Positions 13,701 through 24,354 of a stretch of DNA of 50,062 nt are shown here, piece after piece. Made by a program: the position numbers and the translations under genes. Below the pieces are notes generated by a model that made no database searches, was not told where the DNA came from, and worked only from the letters and a program-made list of their open reading frames with translations. The DNA lies in the NCBI GenBank assembly GCA_963701185.1, contig OY969569.1:615486-665547 (forward strand). The letters run 5' to 3'. Source of the DNA: Candidatus Gottesmanbacteria bacterium (GTDB lineage Bacteria > Patescibacteriota > Microgenomatia > UBA10105 > UBA927). How positions within the stretch are numbered: the stretch's first letter is position 1; the number at the start of each line of letters is the position of its first letter.

Positions 13701-15875
13701 GTCGAGAAGAGGGAGGAGAGAGTGAGGGGTTTGACACTAAGATTATCAATCTCCATTAAATCACCCGCATTATTACCAACATAAATTCTAAGATTGGGAC
13801 CAGTTGCAGTTGTTCGGCCGGAAACGGTGAAATTAGCCCACAAACTACTTGTTGCGGGATATAGAGCAGGAACCATGTTCCCCCCATATATACCTGATGA
13901 AGAATGTCCCGTCCATTTTGCTGCGTAAGTTAGCATGAACCAAGTATTAGCTGTTGTTGTCCATGCCCAATATGCACTTCCACTCACACCTGACCCCGGA
14001 TAGGCAAGACGTATATTGTATGAACCGGTGTTTGGTGCACTTGCATCAGATGATAGTGTTGGAGCGGGAGACCCTTGAGAAAACCATCCGGTTGTTGCAT
14101 TTGCTTCATTTCCATTTGGATCGGAAGCTGCATTTGCGGTAGTATAAAATTCACTCCCCAGCGTTGGGGTAATCACGCCACTATTTGTCAGTGTTGAAAC
14201 GCCGGAGACCAGGGTCGTCGGGGCGGAGGTCGTGAATTGGTCATTGAGAGTGTAGCCGTTCCAGCCGGTCAGGTCGATTTCAAAACCGGTATTAGTCATG
14301 GTACTGGCAGACATATCAAGGGTTACCCCGGTACCCGTCCACTTCATCGCCAATTTGGCCGCATCGGCCGTATCCGTGAGTTTTAATCCTTCGACTCCGC
14401 TTGCGACTTTTGCGGCCATGTCCCCCACGACGGTGAGGGTATTGGCGGGAGCCGTGGTCCCGATACCCACACGGGAGTTTGTGGTATCAAACGAGAGAAT
14501 ATTGGATATATTTTTGGTCGTGAGGACCGCCGTATCAACCAGGGTGAGATTGCCGGTTGTATCAACCGAGGCCACGATGGTCCCGTTATGGCCGTAGATG
14601 GTTAAGGGGGTATCCGTGACCGGGGCATTCACGGCACCGGAATACCCCAAGACGATATCCCCATCCTCGTCCATCAGCGCTTTCTGATATCCGGCAATGG
14701 CAAAACCCAACAATTGGCCGTTGGCAACCGACGTCGTCGGATTAATGAGGACCGTTGCCTGGGTATTCGTTGTATCGGTGGGCGCATAGGAGAAGGTGGT
14801 CTGGCCGGAAAAAGCCTGGGAGGAATTGGAATTGATATTGGCAACCCACACGTTATCAAACCGCAGGGCATTGGACCCCAAATCACTGCCCAAATCCGTC
14901 CCGGGAAGAAGGGATTTTCCGTTGGTAATCGTCGCGTTTCCGAAGGTGAGGGTATCCATCACCACCGTGTCCGTGGTTGTCGTTAACCCGACCGTGGTTC
15001 CGGTTTTTGTCCAACCGGAGAGGGTGTAATCCGGGGTATCGGCATTGATGGTGAGCGTTTTCCCTGTTGCATCGGTGGTGAGGGTAATGCCCCCGCTTTG
15101 GACAACGGTGAGGGTGTCGGTATTACTTCCGGCGGCAACACTGGTTTGGCCGGATACCGCGATGGTTTTAAAGATATTCTGGGAGGTTCCCCGATCGCTG
15201 TTGGTCACTTTCAACCCGTCGACGGTCATGCCGCCTCCTGCAGTCAGGGAGAGGGCGCCGGTTGAGCCGCCCAGAGACAGGACACCGGTGTTGGTTACCG
15301 TCGGAGTCTGGCCGGTGGAGACACTCATCCCCGTTCCTGCCGTCAGTCCATAGAGGATATTGCCTGCCGTGACCCGGGAAAATGATCGCGGAGCTCTGGG
15401 CAGCCTGAACATCTCCGGAGATGATCAACCCGGTATCAAACGTTGCCGTGTCTTTAAACTCTGCCGGCACATGGACGGTGAAGATGAAACTGCCGGACCC
15501 GCTGGCAACGGTGTCGCCGAGGACCGTTGCGGGGGTTTCGACCGGGGGGATAGTATGTTTTATTCGTATCATCCCTCCACCAAGGAAGAGTAAAACAAGA
15601 CCAAGGGAAACAAGAATCACCTTTGTCATTCCCGGCTTGACCGGGAATCCGCCTTCTGTTTTCTTTACAACCAATACCGATCCCCGCCTTCGCGGGGATG
15701 ACAAACCGTGCGAGGCAGAATTTCTGAGTTCTTCGATCTGCTCCGGGGTATACCGGCGCTGGTTGCCGAAAGTCCGCTGCGGGATGACCCGCCCCGCCTC
15801 TTCCCACCTCCGAAGGGTTTTTGTGGAGATGCCGAGGATCCGCGCCGCATCGTAGATCGATAAAAGTTTTGTCAT
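7794..15875 (-). CDS. Giant protein B: MerR-HTH, TM, fibre/adhesin-like repeats, S74 chaperone; frame broken at about 15387 and repeatedly in 9425-10480
   Basis: ORF pieces 15168-15875, 10472-15412, 10148-10426, 9821-10048, 9499-9762 and 7794-9425 are collinear with the paralogues; total span 8082 nt is a multiple of 3; ATGA overlaps at both ends. Confidence 0.72.
8240..8477 (-). other. Peptidase S74 intramolecular chaperone domain (copy B)
   Basis: WENTSSIALKENFTPVDPADLLTKISRLPLTRWNYKANPDTVTHIGPTAEKFYEIFG. End boundary approximate. Confidence 0.82.
15009..15837. repeat. Near-identical repeat of 22149-22977 (MerR-HTH to start of fibre)
   Basis: Offset 7140 throughout, with only scattered substitutions. 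Confidence 0.9.
15390..15875 (-). other. MerR-type HTH plus TM N-terminal segment of giant protein B
   Basis: LLSIYDAARILGISTKTLRRWEEAGRVIPQRTFGNQRRYTPEQIEEL, then TM VILVSLGLVLLFLGGGMI and VLG motif. Confidence 0.85.
15624..15703 (-). repeat. TGTC-tagged REP doublet (80 bp) in frame inside giant gene B
   Basis: Minus strand TGTC-ATCCCCGC(GAAG)GCGGGGAT-spacer-ATTCCCGG(TCAAG)CCGGGAAT-GACA; translated as LSSPRRRGSVLVVKKTEGGFPVKPGMT. Confidence 0.9.
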
Positions 15876-18800
15876 GGAGTGCCTCCGAAGGGCGAAATAC
15901 TTTTTGTTGTCTTCATATCCGCAACCGCTACCGCGTTCCAGTTGTACAAATACTCCTGCATTGCGACGTCGGGGATAACGATGCGGAATCCTTTTTCCGA
16001 AACATTGGTCAAGTACGCCTTGTGTCCGTCCGAATCAATCGGTGAGAATGTCACGACGGGAGGCGTGTCATACGGCACGGCAAATGTCACATCAACCTGA
16101 CTTGTTGCCGTCGCCATTTTCGCCTGACCGACGGAATCTTTGTTAAATGACGGCGTCCCCTCAATGGTTACATTTTTGTCATAGGTCACCGCACTAAAGT
16201 ACTCAGTTAACGCCCGGAAAACCGCGGAACCGATAAATTCCGCATCCGCCCGGAACGTCACCGCTCCCGTTGCCTCCAGTTGGTTGAGAGAGGTCAGCAC
16301 GGGGATCGTGTTTCCTTTGTCGATGAGTGCCTGGACTCCGGCCAGGGCAATACCCGCCGTATCCAGGGCGGCCAGGTGGGTGGCATCCTCCCCGACCCCG
16401 AAGATTTCGTAGAATTTCTCTGCCGTGGGGCCGATGTGGGTGACCGTATCCGGATTGGCTTTGTAGTTCCACCGGGTAAGGGGAAGGCGTGCAATCTTGG
16501 TCAAGAGATCCGCAGGATCCACGGGGGTGAAGTTCTCTTTCAGGGCGATACTGGAGGTATTCTCCCAGACCCCGACATTGGAGAGGTAGGCTCCGGTGCC
16601 GGTATCGATGGGTTTGGTCGCAGAGACTGCCGTCCCGATCCCCACGTTGCCGGCAAAGTAGGCACTGCCCGTACTCGTGAGACTCCCCAGGACTGCTCCG
16701 GTGCTTCCCTGCCATTCCTGCAGGTTGGCGGTTTGGGACAGGGATCCTTTGACAATGAGGCCCTGGAGAGACGCAAGACCGGAGTTGAGGGTAGTTGTGG
16801 ATTCTACCGCCAACTGCCCCAGTCCCGTGAGGGTGTTTTGGATAGCAAGAGATGTGGTGGAAGAATCGGGAATGAGGGCAAAATCATCCAGGTACACGGT
16901 TTTCCCGGCATGGACGTACACGCCGTAGGCGCGGGCTGTCGCGACGCCAGTCACGGCGGCCTTTGCTCTATACCACCCGCCCCCGACAGCCGTGTACGTG
17001 GTGGGAAGCGGGCTTGCGCCGGCATACATCTGTGCGTCCGCCGACGTGACGGCACTCCCGTCCGTGTATATGACGGCGGTGAGACCATACGTATTGGTGT
17101 CCCCCACGTTGACGCTTTGGGAAAATGCCCCGCCGCTTACTGCCACGATTTTTGTTGACCCCGCCGAGTTTCCGTATGTCGTTGTCGTATCCCGCGTCAC
17201 CGTCAGATTCGTATCCGGGATATCCGTATACTCTCCTCCGGTCCCCCTTGCAAACAGCGTAAAGTTGTCAAAGGTGTTACCGGAGTAGGTAGAGAACAGA
17301 CCGTGTTTGGTGTTAGATATTATTCCTGCATCGGATACTGTCTGTTCCGTGCCAATCAAAACATTGTTGTAGTACACCCGCACTTTCAGGGCTCCTCCGG
17401 AAGTGGAGGTGATCACTCTCAAAGTAGCTCCTGCCGAATAAGTAGCTGCTGTATTTATTAAAGATGTATATGTTCCCCCAACATTTTTATCCAGTTTGAC
17501 ATTGGTTCCGTCATGGTAGGCAATCAGGAAGTTGGCAGGAGAGCTTGTTGAATCCAAATTCGTTACCAGTCCTGCCTGAGTCCCAGCCGTCAAAGTCACA
17601 TTAGCATCGGCAACGACATCAGTATCAGAGGTGGGGACAGTGGAGAAGAGAGAGGAGAGGGTAAGTTGTTTAAAAGAAGCATCGTCAACTATCACCGCAT
17701 CAAAATTTGAAGTGCCTCTTTCTTGAGCAGGATAAAAATTGGTTGAGTTTCCAGCTGTCCGGCCGGTTTTTAAATATTGGGTATATGAAGATGCTGTGAT
17801 GTACCCCAAAGTTGTTGTCCCCACTGTTAATTCTGTCACATCTGCGGATACTGTCCCGCCGGAACCGGAAGTCCTTTTAGCCCACACATATCCCTGCCAC
17901 CATCCCGCGGTTGGAGAAAAGGCGGGAAATCTAAGACCGTTCCATTGGGCAACTCCTGTAAAAGCTTGGGCTTTGCTTCCCCCATGGACATCCGCACTTT
18001 GAGAAACTGTTGGGCTTCCGATTTTGGTGAGGTTGTCATTTAAACCGCTGGTGTAGTTTCCCTCTAACCCCGGATCGGTTAAAATTTCAGCTCCTGTTGT
18101 GGGGGTAATCACCACTTTATTTCCACTTATTGCCCCTCCTGTCCAGGCTAAAGAGGGTGTAGTTTGGGAGTCCGGGCCGGTGGTTTCGGAAGATCCAATC
18201 GCCCCATCCCCACGGGTAAACGTATCATATGCCAGCGGTGTCGGGAGCCAGGTGGAGGTAGGGATTTTAATATAATCAAATGAACTAGCTAGATTATTAG
18301 TAAATATACTTGGGGTTAGTGAGGCATTTGTTCCAATGTCTGATTTCCAAATAAACGTCCAATTTCCGGAAGTGGGTTTAAAAAATAAATAAGCACCAGT
18401 CGAACGCAATATTATAACCACTGTGCCGCTCTGGCCATCATAAAAAGATATTTGTGGAAAGCCCCCACTCCAACCTTTTAATTTATTGTCGATAATATAA
18501 CTTTGATATCCATTTGTGGCGTTCCATCCGGCAACATAATAATTTGCAGGACTACCGTTACTAAAAGTGGGGAATATCAACATTTTTCCAGCAGCCCTGG
18601 TAACCGATGGGTATGTTATCGTTGGATTACCTGTTGTGCCTCCCGTTGCGAAACTCAACTGTCCGCCGGTAATACTTAACTTGCTATTGGTATCCACCAC
18701 CGTTCTTATTCCCCCCGTGGGTTCCGCTTGGGTACCGTTGACGGCTCCGGCGGCGCGGTCAGTGGTGAACTGGTCCTCCAAAGCATTGCCATAATCCCAC

Positions 18801-21800
18801 CCGGTTAAATTCGATTCAAACGTATAATTGGTGAATTTATTCGCGGAACTTACGGATTGCACATCAATAAATCCTGTGGAACCGGCTCCATACCCCAATG
18901 CCAGCGTATTGTTTCCGGAAAGAATTTTTAGCGCGGCGGCCCCGGCTCCCGCCTCTGCAGCTATCGTTCCCGTCACCTGCAATTTTGACGTGGGTGCCGT
19001 AGTGCCGATCCCCACCAGGCCGGACGCGGTGATGCGCATCTGTTCCGTGGACCCGTTGGTGGTGAAAAGAAGGGCATTGTTCGTTTGCATCGTCAGATTG
19101 GTGGTACCGGAGAGAGAGTTCGTCGTCCCCAGGGTGAGGGTCCCGGCCGTGGAGGTGAGGGTGCCGGAGGCTTTGATATTCCCGGTGACATCCAACACTT
19201 CCGAAGGCGCGGTGGAACCGATCCCCACCCGCCCGTTGGTGGTATCAATATCCAGAACTGCAGTTCCTGCTGCATTGTTGAACTGATAGGCTGTCGTGGT
19301 ATTGGTAGACCGGGAGAAGGTTAATCCGCCGAGGGCATCCACGGCTCCCAGGACGGTTCCGGATGAGCTCTGCCACTCCTGAAGGTTGGCGGATTGTCCG
19401 GAGAAGCCTTTGACAACGAGGGCCGGGAGGGAAGCAAGACCGGAGTTGAGGGTGGAGGTGGATTCCACACTCAGGCCTCCCAGACCCGTGGTGGAGTTGG
19501 TAATGGCCAGGGTGGTACCGGCGCCGGAGGAACTGAAGAGGGCCAGATTATCCACGTAGACGGTCTTCCCTGCTTTGACCCGGACCCCGTAGTTTTTGGC
19601 ACTTGTCACCCCGGTGAGAGTGGAGGAGAGTTTGTACCAGCCATTGCCCGCGGACGTATAGGTGGTGGTCAGGGCGGTGGCGGACACATCACTGAAGAGC
19701 TCGACATCCGCCGAGGTGACCGCCGCACCGGTCGTATATGCGTAGGCGGTGAGGTTGTAGGAAGACGTATCCGGCAGGGTGACACGTTGGGTGTAGGCAT
19801 TGTCGTTGGTGCCGGCAACCAGTTTGAGCGAGGCGGTTCCGGCATATGGTATGGTTGTATCGCGTGTTGCCGTCAGATCCACATCCGGCAGCCCGGTGGT
19901 ATATTCCCCTCCCGTCCCCCGGGCAAAGAGGGTAAAGTTGTCAAAGGTGTTACCGGAGTAAGTGGAGAAGAGTCCGTGGAGGGTGTTGTTGATTATCCCT
20001 GCATCCGTGACTGTTTGCTCAGTTCCAACCAATGCGTTGTTGTAATACACTCTGACTTTTAGAGTATTAGCATCGGAGTGGTAGGTGATGACTCTTAGGG
20101 TTGCTCCTGCCGAATAAGTAGCCGCCGTATTTATCAAACTGGTATATGTTCCCCCAACATTTTTATCCAGTTTGACATTGGTTCCGTCATGGTAGGCAAT
20201 CAGGAAGTTGGCAGGAGAGCTTGTTGAATCCAAATTCGTTACCAGTCCTGCCTGAGTCCCAGCAGTCATAGTTACATTCACATCCGCAATCACATCAGCA
20301 TCAGAAGTGGGTACTGTGGAGAAAAGGGAGGAGAGGGTAAGAGGTCTATATGAAATATTGTCGATTGTTCCGTTCCAAGAATTGGAATAAACGCCTATGC
20401 TAGTTTGACTAGCTCTTAATGTATTTGTATAAGAGCCAGGCGTGTTTCGAGCAATAGTGTTTGCACCCGCGTATGTCCATATGAATTGCCCTACTTCTAA
20501 TACTAAATCAAAACCAGCTTGGTACCAATTATTAATAGTCCCAACTGATTGCGTTAGAAGACCAGCATTCCCGTTGTTGGATGCAACTCCACCTGAAATC
20601 GTCCACCCAGTTCCTTTAGCCCAGCTCGTATCAGTGTCAAAAGTGCCATTGATAATAACATCACTTCCCAGTGTCGGGGTGATAGTCATTACTCCACCGG
20701 CTTTGGTGCCACCCGTCCAGGTTAATTGGGGAGTAGTTTGAGAATCCGGGCCAGTGGTTTCGGTAGCGGTTGCCCCGGCAGTAGTAAACGTATCATATGC
20801 CAGAGGGGTGGGGAGCCAGGTGGAGGTGGGGATACGGATGTTGTCAATATTGAGGTCGTAATTACCAGTTACCCCAGCATATAAATTGGAAGTGTTGCCT
20901 ATAAAATCAGTATATAATAATGTCCAATTAGGATATTCTGTTCCGCCCTTTATAACAAAATATGTACCTGAACTTTTTAGAATTACCGCTAATTTATAAG
21001 TAACATTAAAAGTATATGTTCCTAGAGGAGTAGCATTGGCTGTTTGAATCACGCTTGAGTTGCCACGTAAATAAAAACCGCTTTGCAAGGTATTGGATTG
21101 AGCCGTAGTAAATCCAATCTTTACATCTTTAAAAGCAGAAACAAGTTCTTTATAATCAAAAATTGCTATCTTTCCAGCTGCTCTTGTTGTGACTGGATAC
21201 CATAACCCGGGATCACCCAGCCCTACTCCACCAGTTGCAAAGACTGCTACACCACCAGAAATTGACAGCTTGGAGTTGGTATCCACCACCGTTCTCACCC
21301 CTCCCGTGGGTTCGGCGGGGGTGCCGTTGACACTGCCGGCTGCACGGGCGGTGGTAAACTGGTCCAACAGGGTATTGGTGTTCCACCCGCCGGTCGTAAT
21401 ATCCGTGTCAAAGGTGCCGTTGGTCAGCTTGTTGACGGATGCGGCTCCCGGGACATCCAGTGTTGCTCCCGATCCCGTCCACTTCATCGCCAGTTTGGTC
21501 GCATCAGACGTATCCGTAAGTTTAAGACCCTCGACTCCGCTTGCGACTTTTGCGGCCATGTCCCCCACGACGGTGAGGGTAGTGGCGGGAGCCGTAGTCC
21601 CGATACCCACACGGGAGTTTGTGGTATCCAGAGAGAGAATATTGGATATATTTTTGGTCGTGAGGACCGCCGTATCAACCAGGGTGAGATTGCCGGTTGT
21701 ATCAACCGAGGCCACGATGGTTCCGTTATGGCCGTAGATAGTTAAGGGGGTATCCGTGACCGGAGCATTCACGGCATCCGAATACCCCAAGACGATATCC

Positions 21801-23030
21801 CCATCCTCGTCCATCAGCGCTTTCTGATATCCGGCAATGGCAAACGCAAGGAGCTGTCCGTTAGCAGTCGAGGTGGTGGGATTGATAATCACCGACGCCT
21901 GCGAGAGTGTCGTATCGGTGGGCGCATAGGAGAAGGTGGTCTGGCCGGAAAAAGCCTGGGAGGAATTGGAATTGATATTGGCAACCCAGAGATTATTAAA
22001 CCGTTTGCCCGCGGACCCCAAATCACTGCCCAAATCCGTATCAGGCAGAAGATTATGGCCATTGGTAATGGTTGCACCCCCGAACGTGATTCCGTCTACC
22101 ACGACCGCATCCGTCAGTGTCGTGAGACCCACGCTGGTACCGCCGTCTGTCCAACCGGAGAGGGTGTAATCCGGGGTATCGGCATTGATGGTGAGCGTTT
22201 TCCCTGTTGCGTCGGTGGTGAGGGTAATGCCCCCGCTTTGGACAACGGTGAGGGTGTCGGTATTACTTCCGGCGGCAACACTGGTTTGGCCGGACACGGC
22301 GATGGTTTTAAAGATATTCTGGGAGGTTCCCCGATCGCTGTTGGTCACTTTCAACCCGTCGACGGTCATGCCGCCTCCTGCAGTCAGGGAGAGGGCGCCG
22401 GTTGAGCCGCCCAGAGACAGGACACCGGTGTTGGTTACCGTCGGAGTCTGGCCGGTGGAGACACTCATCCCCGTTCCTGCCGTCAGTCCATAGAGGATAT
22501 TGCCTGCCGTGACCCGGGAAAATGATTGCGGAGCTCTGGGCAGCCTGAACATCTCCGGAGATGATCAACCCGGTATCAAACGTTGCCGTGTCTTTAAACT
22601 CTGCCGGCACATGGACGGTGAAGATGAAACTGCCGGACCCGCTGGCAACGGTGTCGCCGAGGACCGTTGCGGGGGTTTCGACCGGGGGGATAGTATGTTT
22701 TATTCGTATCATCCCTCCACCAAGGAAGAGTAAAACAAGACCAAGGGAAACAAGAATCACCTTTGTCATTCCCGGCTTGACCGGGAATCCGCCTTCTGTT
22801 TTCTTTACAACCAATACCGATCCCCGCCTTCGCGGGGATGACAAACCGTGCGAGGCAGAATTTCTGAGTTCTTCGATCTGCTCCGGGGTATACCGGCGCT
22901 GGTTGCCGAAGGTCCGCTGCGGGATGACCCGCCCCGCCTCTTCCCACCTCCGAAGGGTTTTTGTGGAGATGCCGAGGGTTTCGGCGGCATCCTGAATGGA
23001 GAGAAGCGTATCGACAGTATATGAATTCAT
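15872..23030 (-). CDS. Giant protein A: MerR-HTH, TM, fibre/adhesin-like repeats, S74 chaperone (about 2385 aa if the single +1 break near 22527 is removed)
   Basis: ORF 22308-23030 (HTH, TM) overlaps ORF 15872-22552 (2226 aa, intact); the junction aligns to the unbroken N-terminus of paralogue C. Confidence 0.8.
16320..16555 (-). other. Peptidase S74 intramolecular chaperone domain (copy A)
   Basis: WENTSSIALKENFTPVDPADLLTKIARLPLTRWNYK..HIGPTAEKF. End boundary approximate. Confidence 0.82.
22530..23030 (-). other. MerR-type HTH plus TM N-terminal segment of giant protein A
   Basis: LLSIQDAAETLGISTKTLRRWEEAGRVIPQRTFGNQRRY, then the same TM helix as copy B. Confidence 0.85.
22764..22843 (-). 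repeat. TGTC-tagged REP doublet (80 bp) in frame inside giant gene A
   Basis: Same sequence as 15624-15703. Confidence 0.9.
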
Positions 23031-23068
23031 TTATTATAATAAGAAAAAATCCGTATATTTTCAGTTAA

Positions 23069-23920
<852 letters not shown>

Positions 23921-23926
23921 TCTTTG

Positions 23927-24002
23927 TGTCATTCCCGCGTAGGCGGGAATCGGTATTGGTTTTATTGAAGAAGGCGGATTCCCGGTCAAGCCGGAAATGA
24001 CA
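23927..24002 (+). repeat. TGTC-tagged REP doublet (76 bp)
   Basis: TGTC-ATTCCCGC(GTAG)GCGGGAAT-CGGTATTGGTTTTATTGAAGAAGGCGG-ATTCCCGG(TCAAG)CCGGAAAT-GACA. Confidence 0.9.
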
Positions 24003-24010
24003 AGAAAATC

Positions 24011-24352
24011 ATGCTCCGTCATTATTATGTATACATAATGGCAAATAATAGACCGACGTTATATGTCGGTGTAACAAATAGTATTGAAAGAAGATCAGTT
24101 CAACATAAATATAAATTTATCGATGGGTTTACAAAAAAATATAATCTTTCAAAACTTGTATATTTTGAACATTATACTGATGTAAAAGAAGCGATCAAAC
24201 GGGAAAAACAATTGAAACATTGGAATCGGAGTTGGAAATTAAATTTGATACAAAAGATGAATCCTGCATTTGAGGATTTATATGATAAGCTGATATTAGG
24301 CGGGATAAAACAGAAGGCGGATCCCCGCCTTCGCGGGGATGACAAGCAATAA
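24011..24352 (+). CDS. GIY-YIG nuclease family protein (small stand-alone UPF0213-like type)
   Basis: YYVYIMAN..TLYVGVTNSIERR..QHK..FTKKYNLSKLVYFE..AIKREKQLKHWNRSWKLNLIQKMNP; the last codons DPRLRGDDK are the REP hairpin. Confidence 0.9.
   Translation: MLRHYYVYIMANNRPTLYVGVTNSIERRSVQHKYKFIDGFTKKYNLSKLVYFEHYTDVKEAIKREKQLKHWNRSWKLNLIQKMNPAFEDLYDKLILGGIKQKADPRLRGDDKQ
24307..24344 (+). repeat. Single REP hairpin with linker at right end of the GIY-YIG cassette
   Basis: AAAACAGAAGGCGG-ATCCCCGC(CTTC)GCGGGGAT-GACA. Confidence 0.88.
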
Positions 24353-24354
24353 TT

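Larger units (their letters stand above)
23927..24344 (+). mobile_element. REP-bounded GIY-YIG nuclease cassette (candidate autonomous element)
   Basis: Left end TGTCATTCCCGCGTAGGCGGGAAT; reverse complement of right end TGTCATCCCCGCGAAGGCGGGGAT (24 bp, 3 mismatches). AT-rich interior; lies between operon genes. Confidence 0.6.

Noticed and set aside
1-23030. Prophage or tail-fibre cluster
   Set aside because: No capsid, terminase, portal, baseplate or integrase genes; the proteins have N-terminal membrane anchors.
1-23030. Diversity-generating retroelement
   Set aside because: No reverse transcriptase in the window, and the differences I compared between repeats are not restricted to adenines.
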